A stretch of 64,000 nucleotides of DNA from Marsupella aquatica (lineage: Eukaryota > Plantae > Marchantiophyta). The notes under the pieces are model-generated. The model was not told where the DNA came from and searched no databases. It worked only from the letters and a program-made list of their open reading frames with translations. This document shows, in pieces, positions 31,301-42,406 of the stretch (position 1 is its first letter; each line of letters opens with the position of its first letter). The stretch covers positions 6,115-70,114 of the forward strand of contig CCZZQB010000055.1 in assembly GCA_973895155.1 (NCBI GenBank). Direction: 5' to 3'. Both the position numbers and the translations under genes were made by a program.

Positions 31301-31975
31301 ACCACAATGCAGGGTCATTTAACGTGGGGAAAATCTAGACTCAATCGGGCCTGAAATAGTGATGTCCGGGTCGACCTGGCCTCCCTTCTCACAACCGATG
31401 TATCCACTATCAGGATCTCAAACTTCCTGCCTTCACTTCCACCGGTGGAGTAGGCATTCCCCTCACAACGAATCAGTCAGTTCCCTCATATCCAGGCTCT
31501 CATCATGCAATGCAAGATTGGTCCTATAATCAGGACCCAAGATCCTCTACCAAAAAGGTAGAGCCTCCTCACTCTACTGCTTAAACAGTCTAATGCGCTC
31601 GGGAGCTCAAAACCTACTAAGTTTGGCTTTGAGAGGTGTGAGAGGCCGGATCGACTCTCCTTCCTTATATCCGGATTCTACTGTGGTCGTGCCTATGTTT
31701 GACTTATGGTTTTAAAAACTTTGGCAATGGACAGCTGTTGTTGAGTAGAGTCTCGGTATAAGTTTTATATCTCATTCCAGGCTTATAGTAAAAAGTTCCG
31801 GGTCGATCCTCCTTCTCTAATATCAATCCGGGTTGACCTCAGATCAGCTTGAAAGTCTCATAACATTTCAAAGTAGTCTTCAGGTCCCTCTTCAGCCTTA
31901 TTTAAGATCTTAAATGTAAAAATTCTAAAATTTATGGTTAGTTAACCCTTCTTTCATAAACATCCTTATCTCACA
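28365..31975 (-). mobile_element. Solo LTR, family E (3611 bp), inserted in the integrase tail of element C
   Basis: TG...CA termini; 5-bp TSD TACTT at 28360-28364 and 31976-31980; removal restores RVKKYHHQDD...ELCDA. Confidence 0.88.
29353..31196 (-). pseudogene. LTR-embedded ORF of family E (frameshifted into three pieces)
   Basis: GCESLMELPW...DGFNVSKCLDPDLR...F resembles the A/B domain; acidic linker and coiled coil follow. Confidence 0.65.
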
Positions 31976-34900
31976 TACTTCTTCACACGATCGTAACTGA
32001 CTCGCGTGGGTAGTAAATCGCCGGCGTACGTTGCAAGTTCCAAAGATCCGTTAGGGTAGATCTGATTGACTTGGAAAGGCCCTAGCCAACGGGTATGAAG
32101 CTTCCCCGGAAACTGCATGTACCTACTATCGTACAACAAGACTAGATTGCCTGTCACGACGTCGACCTTCCGTAGTCCTTTGTCGTGCTGCTTCTTGGAA
32201 GCTACCTGCTGTTTGATGACTGTCGAGCTGCCAATAGCCGTGCTTCTTCTAATGCTTCAATTTGATAAGCTCTGTCTGACAAACTTTCAGCTTCGGGTAA
32301 GCGATCCCGAATGCTTACCCGGGGAGTGTGGACTTCAAACTCAATTGGTACCAAAGAATGTTGGCCGAACACGAGAAAGTACGGGCTGTGACTCGTAGTA
32401 GTCTTGTAAGCCAGATTATACAAATACACCGCTGCGTACAACTTGTCATCCCAATCCATTTTGTTCGTGGCTACTGTCTTGTTGAGGATCTTCCCGATGA
32501 TACCATTGGCTCTCTCTGTCAGCCCGTTGGCTTTAGGATGATACGGGGTAGTCTTGCGGTGCTTGACTAGGTAACGCTCCGTAAGCTGGGCTACGGTGTC
32601 ATTGAGGAAGTGTGTTCCATGGTCGCTTACTAACTCCAAGGGCGGCCCAAACCGGGTGAAGATTTGCTCGTATAAGAACCTGGCGGTGGTTGCAGCATCG
32701 TCCTTTACCGTAGCCCGTGCTTTGACCCATTTGGTGGAGTAATCTATAGCTAGCAGGATGTACCTGCATCTTCGTTGTCGGGTAACGGGAGTGAACGGTC
32801 TGATATAATCAATACCCCACTTTTTGAAAGGTGCCAAGGGAAGCACGGACGTGAGAGGGTGATGATGAGATCGTCTTGGGGCCCCAGCCCGCTGACACAG
32901 GTCATAGCCCTTGATGAAACGCTGTATATCCTGATGCAACGTAGGCCACCAATACCCTGAATCCAGAATCTTTCGGGTTGTCATGATAGCCACGAAATGG
33001 CCTCCAGCTTCTTCTTCATGCAAGGCCCGCATAACGATAAGCATCTCCTTGTACTCTAAGCAACATCATAGCTTCCCATTAACTCCTTGCTTGTGTAGGT
33101 GGCCCTGTATCATGACGTATGGCCCGGCCTTTCGTAAAAACACAGCAGCAACCTCCTGATTGATGCCGTCGGGGATGCGGCCTGTTAAGAGGAAGGTGAT
33201 TATTGAGCCGTACCATGTCGTCGTTCCCACCCCTACGTGGAATAACTCCTCGTCCGGAAAAGTATCATTAATTGGCTGATCGACTGGTACGCCGTCCAAC
33301 CTTGAAAAGAAGTTGGCATTGAGATGTGCCTTTCCTGGCCAAACCCAAACTTCATAGTTAAATTCCTGGAGAAGTAGCACCCACCGGGCTATCCGTCGTG
33401 TCACATCCGCTTTGTTGACCATGTACTTCAGGCTATCATGATCCGTGTGGAATATGACCTTGTAGCCAGGTAGATAGTGCCGGAACTTCTTACATGAGTA
33501 GATTATTCCCAGAGCTTCTCGATCAGTGGGAGAATAATTTTGTTCGGCTGTGAATAGTTGACGGCTAGCAAAGTAGATGGGGTGGTCACGTCCGTCCTCA
33601 TCAAGCTGACTGAGCACGGATCCGATACAGAATCCTGACACATCGACATACACATGGAACTCCTTATTCCAGTCCGGGGTGACCATGATAGGTGCGGTGG
33701 TGAGTTGTTTACGGAGTTCTTCGAAAGCAATCCGTCTCTTGGGTGTCTCCTTGATCACCGCGTCGTTCTTCATCATCTCGGTTAAGGGCAACGCAATTTT
33801 AGCAAAATCTTTAATGAACCAACGATAGTACCCTACACAGCGCAAGAAGGATCGTACCGCTTTTTTATCTATGGGAAACACCACCGCCATCCAAGCCGCG
33901 ACCTTCTCTTGGTCCACCTCCATACCCCGTTTGGACACACGATGTCCGAGTAACACTCCCTCCTCTACCCCAAAAAAACATTTGGCGGGATGTAGCTTGA
34001 GGTTAACCTCTCGGCATCGTTGTAGTGTACGTCGTAGATGTTCGGCGTGCATGGCGACGGTTCCAAAGATGGCAAAGTTGTCGATAAATATTTCCAGAAA
34101 TTCCCGAGGAAATCGTGGAAGATATTCATCATGAGTCGCTGAAACATGGCCGGGGCGTTACATAGCCCAAACGGCATTCTCCGAAATGCGAACGTCCCCC
34201 ATTCCGTAGTGAACATTGTTTTGAGCTGATCTGAGAGGCGGATCCAGATTTGATTATAACCCGAATACCCGTCAAGGAATGTATAAATTTTGTTTCGGGC
34301 TACCATATCGAGAACCATATCCGTGAATGGTAACGGGTAATGGTCTTTCCGGGTTGTGTCGTTCAACTTACGATAGTCCTGACAGATCCGAATCTTAGGT
34401 TTTCCGTCCGTACCTCCCTTCTTTGGTACAATGACAATGGGAGAAACCCAATCGCTGCCCATTACTGGGTAGATGATATCTGCGGCGAGGAGACGATCGA
34501 TTTCCTCCTTCACTAAGATGGAGTACCTCGGGTTCATGCAACGTTGCCGCTGCCATACTGCATGGGCCCCCAAGTTCAAATTGATCGTGTGTTCTCCCAA
34601 CTCGAGGGAGACTCCCGTCAAATCGTGATGGCTCCATGCAAACACATCTTCATATTCCTTGAGCAGTGCTTGGATAGATTTTTCCGCCTCCCCCGTCAAA
34701 GCATGGCCCAGGTTAAAAGACTTATCCATACCAATGGTGTACTTCCAGTAGTGCTCCTTTCTTATGACTTCCACCTGGTTCCGCAATTTTGGGTCCAGGC
34801 TCGCATCCAGCTCAGCTAACCAAACTCCTTCGTACATGGGTGGAACTAGGATCGGTTTCGAATTTGGGGTTAATTCCTCCAATTTTGGGATGGACGGGTC

Positions 34901-35716
34901 CCAGGAGACTCGTTTCTTATGTCTCGGTCTCGGGTTTTTGGCCTCGGGCAGTTGTTTGGCCGGTTCGTGGTCACTAGGCTCTGCACTGGTAGAAGCAGCA
35001 TCGGCTCCCTGCTTAGCTGGAGTCGTGTCCTCCGTATTGATGGGCCATTTTTGTGTTTCATCGGTCTGGGCGGTAGAGGTGCTCGGGGTGGACTCAATAG
35101 CAACCTTCTGGTAATTCAGGAGATGTGTTTCCCGGGTTGCCTCTACTCCGAAGACATCTTCCTCGGATAGGGACAAAATGAGTTCAATCATATTGAGCTC
35201 CTCTTCCTCCGAGGTCTCTGAATCATATTCCTCGGGTCCCTGTGGGGTTTCACCCCGATAATCATCCAGTGCCCAAGATACTTGTACTGTGGGTGTCCCA
35301 AACCGTAGCTCCTTTTTTCCCCAATCCGTGATTACTCGGCCACCATACAACCACAGTCTGCCCCAAAGGACCGGATAAGAGGAGGGCCGAACCAGCCTCA
35401 TGACTAGGAAGTTGAGATAGAACTCCACCCCTCCAACAAGAGTGAGCACCCGAGTGAGCGTGCCCAATGGAAGGACCCTTGCCCCGTTTGCTAATTTGAT
35501 AGCTCGGGCTGTGGGTTGATACGTGAGGTATCCTAACTTGACTGATGTTTCCTCAGTCATGATGTTGACTCCCGCTCCTCCGTCTACAAGAACCATCTTG
35601 ATGGTACAATTATTGATCTCAATCGAGATGTCCGGCTCTCCTAGGTCTTTGCATATCATGTTGCAGTCCGCGATCCCAACTCGGGGTAGTCGCCTTCGTC
35701 GCCAACCCGTAAGCAA
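31976..35716 (-). pseudogene. pol: PR-RT-RNase H-integrase of element C, with frameshifts and stops
   Basis: VLVDGGAGV protease, DGYSGYNQI, MPFGL, RNase H YVDVSG, integrase GHF and ERAN, split over ORFs 33965-35716, 33066-34052, 32202-33044 and 31966-32157. Confidence 0.93.
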
Positions 35717-35749
35717 CTCCCTCAGTTGCCGTTTGTACTCTGGATTGTT

Positions 35750-37327
35750 TTACAGCAGTTGCCCTACCGTTGTCGTAACCGGGCAACTCTTCACGTCTTC
35801 ATTAATATCATAGTCCTCCTTCTTTTCTTCCTTCGGCTGCTGCTTGGTTTCCTCCTGCTTTTCTTGCTCTTGTCGTCGGGCGACCTCGGCAGCTTTGATG
35901 TCCTTATCGATTGCTTTCTGGTATTCCTGAGCTTCGTAGGCCTCCAACTGTTTCTTTACCAATTCTTTGATGTGGGGATAAAATAGCTTTGGGTCATCCC
36001 GATGGTAGTCATCGTCCTTCTCCGGGGGTATATCTATCGCTGGCTGCACTGGAGTAGTATCTTGCTTTTTCCTGCGTTTTTCTTCCTGTTTTTCTTCCTT
36101 CCGCTCGGCTCTTGTTGACACTCGGTAGCACTCAGCCTCGTTCAATGGATTAGGGTGCTCCGCCACGTCCACCAGATTTACCCACTTGGTGTTGTCATCT
36201 TGCCATTCCACAACAATCATTTGGATGACTGCATCGCTCGTGGCCGGTCCGCCCTGGGCCGGTCTTGTTGCGCTTGTTCGAGTGGCTATTACCAATGGAC
36301 AGTTGGCCATGGAGTGAGCTTCCGTTTTGCAGACTTGACATAGTGGTGTGCCTCGGCCATCCCCCTGGCGTCTTGGTTCGGTGCATTCCCTCGCAAAGTG
36401 GCCTGGCTTCTCACAGTTGTAACAAACTGGGGATCGCCAAATCCCTGGCTTAGGAGGAATGCTCGGGTTATTGATAACTTGGAAACTTTTGCCATTGTTT
36501 GGGTAGGGGTATGCAGTTCTACCTGCTAAGTTATGCGGACCCACCGTTGAAATCTGATACACCGAATCCGGGGGATCTTCAAAGAAATACTCAGTGGACT
36601 CCGATTCAGGTCCCGTGTTGTCAACATCATCTAATTCCACCTAGTGGACTCGGTTCTTCCATCTTGGGCATTCTTGCACTACATGCCCGGATTGGAAACA
36701 CTTTGAACACCACGCATGTGCTCGGGTCTCGGGTGGCTTCTTCTTCTCCATAGGCTTTTCCGCAAGATGTACTGACAGTGCTTTGAGACGATCCGTGATT
36801 TTTTTAATCTTGTCTGCTTTGGCGGCCTTTGGATTGGGTATCGTTCTTCAAACATGGGGCTTGATTTTTCCCTCCTTCTTAACCCGCCTCTTCTTCTTTT
36901 TTTTCCGGCTCTTGCTCTCCGAATCGCTTCTTGATGAGCTAGAAGTGGAGGATCCGTTGGTCGAAGTCGAATCCGAACTAGATTCTGTCTTTGAACTTGA
37001 CGAGGTTGAATGATGTTTCTTCTTCTTCTTGCGTTTCTTCTTCTTCTCGTCGTCCGATTCGGAGTTACTGTCACTGAAGGTCTCGTACTTGCCCCTTCCT
37101 GTGGCGTGCCCGCTGGCTTCACCGGGAGTTATAGGTGGACTCCCGGTAGGTTTCGGCGCACGCTATGGCTGCTTGCATTGAAATTGGGTTATTCTGGCGC
37201 ACCCAGAATTGCATATTCGTGGGCAAACCATGGAGGAACCACGTAAGTTGGAGCGCGTCACCCAGCCTAGGTCGGATCTTGGCAGCAATTTTCTGAAACT
37301 TCTGAATCAACTTCCGCAGGGGCTCCT
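35750..37327 (-). pseudogene. gag: C-terminal gag of element C
   Basis: FLHGLP capsid-end motif; knuckles WCSKCFQSGHVVQEC, CYNCEKPGHFAREC and CQVCKTEAHSMANC; frameshifts and stops. Confidence 0.85.
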
Positions 37328-40300
37328 TGCGGTGCGTCCCATGGGGCCCAAAACCCAAGAAACCCCCCCGCACAAGCTGATTCCCGCAGGTTTCGTCCTC
37401 GATGAGGCCATTTCCGCGGCTTAGCAGCATGGGACGCTGCTAATCTCCTCTACTACTACGATTAACATTTTACACACATATACTAGACAGATCCTTCATC
37501 GGGTCATGAGATACTTAGCCGGCCTATTCTAGGCCCTCCCTTGTATTCCTCTCCTGGTCTTCCATTAGGTATGTTTGGATTCCGCCGCCGGAATGATCCC
37601 CAATTGGCTTGGTTAAGCCGCTAAGACCTCTCTCAGCTCGACACATCCATCTCTCACTCCCTTGCTACTTCCCTTCATTGATGTGGGCACTCTTCACACA
37701 AGTTAATGTGACACACAAATAGCAAAATGACTCCTTCTGACTGAGTTATACCATGCACTTGCCATACAAACAGTACATCTCATACCTTTCTGTATAACTA
37801 ACCGAGAGGTTCTCTTACTACTTGATCCCAGCCCTACTGGTGCAACTAAAAACTTGCTAAAGAAGAGGCCCTGAACTCCCCGTAGCCCAGGTACTTATCC
37901 TGGTTGCGGATCCGCCTGATTCCTTGCAGCGTAAGCCTAATCTACTTACTGTAATCTACCTAACTGTAATCTACCTATGTACAGCGAGGCAGGAGCACAA
38001 GTGTTGCCCTCACTCGTGGATCTGCAATCCCACTAATCTAAGTGTCAGGGCCGTCGCCTGGTCCTGATCCTTAGTCTAAACTTGGAGATTAGCACCTGCC
38101 CTGCCCACTCACGCCTCCTACCTCCACGTCCGTCCTTCCTAAAAGGAACAGCGCCTTTGCACCGTCATGAAACCGGTGGCGGATCCTCAATGGACGCCCC
38201 CAACGCTTCCCCCGCAGCCACTGCCGTCGGTACGTCCTCTGACATATTACCTGCCCCGGACCGAGTCAACTCTTCATCGGCCTGACTGGGTCCACCCTCG
38301 GCTTCGGCCTCAGCATCGGCCACGGCCTCCCCGACATGTTCTAGTGGAGGATCTGGTACCTCGGCTTCATTATTGTTGTCCCGGCCTCGGCCTTGCCATC
38401 CCCACTTCCTAGGACTGGTGGATCCACCGCCGTGCCGATGCCGGAGGTTGGTGCCGGGTTTATCTTCTCGGTCACAACGGCTTGAGAAGCCGTATAACTC
38501 CCAACCTAGAAGGTTTCCGCTTCTTCTTCTTCCCTATTTCGACAACCGGTTCCTTCCCCTTGCCACTTACCTCCGACACCGGGGTGAGTGTCTCGGCTTG
38601 TCCTTCGGCCAATACTACCCCTGGTAGCTAGGTTGCCCCAATTGGAGTTGGACCTGATGAAGCCAAGCATTTAAATACTGCGGCTTGTTTCTTCAGCCGC
38701 TCCGTTTGGTTGTCGGCCCTCCGCTGTAGGTTCTCCATCTTCCTCATGATTTCCTCCAACTCCTCCTAGGTCTCGTCCAGGTCTTTGCACGCCTCCTCCA
38801 GTTCCTTTCTGGCTTCTTCCAATTCCATTTTTAAGGTAGCCGTCTCCTCCTGGGTTGCTCTTAGCTCCTTGTCGAGCTTTGCTACGACCTCAGACTCCAT
38901 CTTATTCATCTTGGCATAAGTCTGATCGAGCTGGTCGTCCTTCACGCAGGTCGGCCTTGAAGCTGGCCGTCAGGGACGCAAGCTCCTATTGCAGCGCAAT
39001 AATCCCTTGATAGGATTTCCCTAACTCTGCTTCCTTCTGCTCAAGGGCTCCGCGGATATCTTTGAGCTCTCCTTTCAATGCCCTCTCCCTTCTCTGAGTC
39101 TCCGCCATGGCCTGGTTGTTGGCGGTTAAGTGGGCCTCCTCTGCGTCCCTTAGCTCCCGCTTCCATTTCTCTCTTTCTTTGACTGCGCCGGCCAACTCTC
39201 CTTGGGTCCGAGTCAGTTTATCTTTGATAATCTGATTGTCAGACTGAGCGATATCCAACTGGCCCTGCATGATGTTTAGCTCATGCCGCTTAATCCGCAG
39301 CTCATCTTGGGCTTTCTTGGCCGCCTGCAGGACTTCCACCTCGGCTTTCTTCTCCCTAAGCCGCCGGATGACCTCGTCCTTCTTGGTTCTCTCCAAAGCC
39401 ACCGCTTCTTCTAATCTGTGCTTCTCCAACCTCTCCCTCTGGAAGAAAGGTCCCTGCTCCAACTCCTCCCCAAAGATGCTGACCGCTAGGTCCCCACACA
39501 TCTCCCCATACTCCATGGCTCTATCTTTGGCATAGGTGGAGTAAGTAGAAGTCATCGGCATCAACCACCTTGGCCCCTGTTCCCACGCTGCCTTGCGGAT
39601 TTCTTCTACGGTGGCAAGAGGGTTGCTTCTTTTTTCGGCAAGCCGCCTGATGTCCTCCGGCCAATCTCCTCCTGGTAAATCTTTCTCCCTAGCCAGGGCT
39701 GCTTTCTCTTCCTCCCTAAGTCGCTCCTGAAACTCTTGTGCCGTCTGCTTTATGCCGTCAAAGCTCGGGGGAGCAACCTCTGGTGGGGGAGACTTGGGGC
39801 TACTCTGCTGGGTGGGGTCCCCTCGAACTACTCTTGGAAGCGTGGGGATAAATCGGCCACAGGTCCTTACTCCTGGAACATGATGATCCGACCCATAGCC
39901 GGAGTTATCATTGCTGTAGTCCTTCGCCGCCTCCTCCACTGCTTGGACTCCCTGCTTCCCCCTCTGTTCCCCTGGTCCTGCCGTGAAAACGGCCCCACAG
40001 ATCACGGGCCCTTGTTCCTCCTCTGGGTTCCATGCTGTCCTCTCCCTCTGTTCTCCGCGGGAAGGAGCCTTAGGCTGCTGTCTCCGATTGGGGGCTTGAG
40101 GCTCCCACATACATTCGCACTCCCGGCTTGTGTTCCGGCCTCCTTCTCTCCTTGGCTCTAGTAAAGGGGTTTTCCCTCCTAAGTCGGCTTAGGCTGGCCT
40201 CTAGGGCAGTGTCCTGTACCGGTGCCGTTGCCATTGCTGGTGCCGTTCTCTCCTTCTCCAGCATTTTCAGCAGATTCTGCATGTCTGATTGCTATATCGG

Positions 40301-41908
40301 CAAGTCTGCTTCTCTGCTGCCGGCCTCTGTTCTGGAACCTCCTCTAGTGCCCTTGCCTACAGGGGAAGTACCGGGGCAAAGATCTGACTTCGGGCATACC
40401 GGCACAACAACGGCATGTGATAGCCAAGCCGGGACATGCTTCCCACGCCGATCACCTGCTGTTCCTCCTTCAAGAACTTCTTCATTTGGGTGAGGAGGTA
40501 CCCGTTATAGTCCCGGCTTGGGTCTGGCCTCTCCGCCAGGTAGACGTGTGCCTTGCCAATCTCTGCCCTTGGCAAGTTGCAGTGCATGGTTACCCGCAAG
40601 AAATCAATCATTCTCCGATATGCGGGTTGGTGCAGCTGTTTTGGAAGAAGCCATTCTTTGTTGATGGCCCTGGAAACGACCAAAACTCCTTGTCTGGCAA
40701 GGTCTTCCCGGTATCTACTTTGGTCTTATTGCCCATTGGCAAGCCAAACGCCTAGTCAATCACCCGGGGAGTGAGATAGAAATCCTTCCAATACACCCTC
40801 GTGGAATTGGTCTCGGGTTCCCATGATCCCATGAATTCTAATAAGTCTGAGTCTGGCACCTCCGGCTTCAGCCATGGTAATCTTACGAAGGCTTCCAAGC
40901 CGGATCCGACCATGAAGCCCTAGTACTTCTTGGTCTGCATGGCCATAAAGCATGCATCCTCCTCCCGTGCAAAATGTAATTGCACTTCCTCTGGTAGGGT
41001 CGCCGCCCAGCCTTTCCAGGTGTCATCATTTGTTGGAATGGCATTGATGGGATCGACCTCCTCCTCTTCGGCTTCTCCCTGCCTCCGGTTTTGCTGCTCT
41101 GCTGGTTTCCTTGGTGTCGCCGACCTCGTTCTTTTTGCCGGGGTGGCCTCTTCGTTGTTGTTTCCTTTCCTCTTCATCTCGGCTGCCGTGGATGTTTCTC
41201 CTAGCATAGTTGCCTTGGTCCACCCTTCCGTGCTACCCTTCAACTCCCAGTGCGCGTTGTTGCAGCGGTTGATGGCTTCCCGAATGCCGACGATTTTGTC
41301 TTCGCAAAATAGAAGGTCATCAAGCTGATTGGCAGTAGGAGTCCACAAGAACTCGGCCTTGATGAGTTCTCCTCCTAAGAAGGCAAACTTCTGCAGCTCC
41401 CACAGTCGAGCGAGCTCCTGCCATTCTCGAGCTGCTCTCTCCAATTCTTCGTCCTTGTAAGTCCCAATGTACTCAGTTGCCCGTTTGAATAGGCATCCCC
41501 AAAAATATGTCGCTTGATTGACGTTGCTAATACCCTCCTTGACTCGATCATTGGTATCTGTTCCCACCCAGAGTGCTTGCCTAAGCAGCTGACAGTATTT
41601 GGCCTCCCATAGTCGTCTGCCCAGTTCGTGCTTGCAAATGAGCCACTATTCCTTGCGAGCGGTCCTTACCCCACTCCGCCTCTGGTCTTCCCTCCCATTG
41701 GTCACCCCTAGCCGCCGACGCTTATCGCGCCCTAACCCTAATCGTGTTCTCTCCCCCGGCATCCTTACTTCCGGCCTCGGCCTGGGTTCCATAGTCACCC
41801 TTAATTGTTTATATTTTCCTCATTCTTGTAACTATACTAAGGTTTTTTTGGGTACACTCCTACTTTTACCATGTAAACCGTCCTAGTGATTCCTGGCTAG
41901 GCATCACA
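37328..41908 (-). mobile_element. Family A LTR copy A2 (4581 bp) interrupting gag of element C; embedded ORF decayed; no TSD
   Basis: Same termini as A1 and A3 (one substitution); flanks CTCCT and CTTAA differ. Confidence 0.88.
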
Positions 41909-42277
41909 CTTAATGGCGTCTTCCCCGTTGGCCTTAGCAGTGGCTTCAAACTCATCCAACCATTCATCTGGATCATCCTCATGACGCCCTTTGAAAGGTC
42001 GATAATTGAACCGCGACCGTTGTGATATTTGTGGGGGAGCTTGGGCAGCGCGGGCCATCGGTGGGGTGGCCGCCATAGGTACTGGTGGCGGTGGTGGTGC
42101 AGCAGGGACCAGAGCAGGACCGGCTGGACCGGACCCCAAAGGTCCCGGTGGTATGTTCATTTGTCGAGGCGATTGCGAATCCTCCAAACCTGAAGAGTCA
42201 GAGCTTGTGGGGGTTGCACTCTCTCGTTCGATGGTCAATCTCCTCAAGTAAGCTGCTTGAGAACGAGTGACGGGCAT
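41909..42277 (-). pseudogene. gag: N-terminal gag of element C
   Basis: MPVTRSQ start; FKGRHEDDPDEWLDEFE capsid motif; cut by A2. Confidence 0.85.
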
Positions 42278-42374
42278 TTACTCATATAAATGCAATGGTT
42301 AGTAACTCACAAGGGCCTGGTGTATTCTGCCTAAGTGCACCCGCACATGTCTCCCCTCTACTACACGTAGAGTG

Positions 42375-42393
42375 CCCCTTCCATCTAGCACCA
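42375..42393 (-). other. Primer-binding site TGGTGCTAGATGGAAGGGG (tRNA-Asn-like)
   Basis: Starts TGG, 13 nt downstream of the LTR end; resembles the complement of the plant tRNA-Asn 3' end as recalled, with mismatches. Confidence 0.6.
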
Positions 42394-42406
42394 AAAACAA
42401 AGGCTA

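Noticed and set aside
35748-35752. Stop-codon readthrough between gag and PR in element C
   Set aside because: The TAA aligns with a sense codon (QLLKNSP) in element 1, the element has many other lesions, and there is no recognisable readthrough context.
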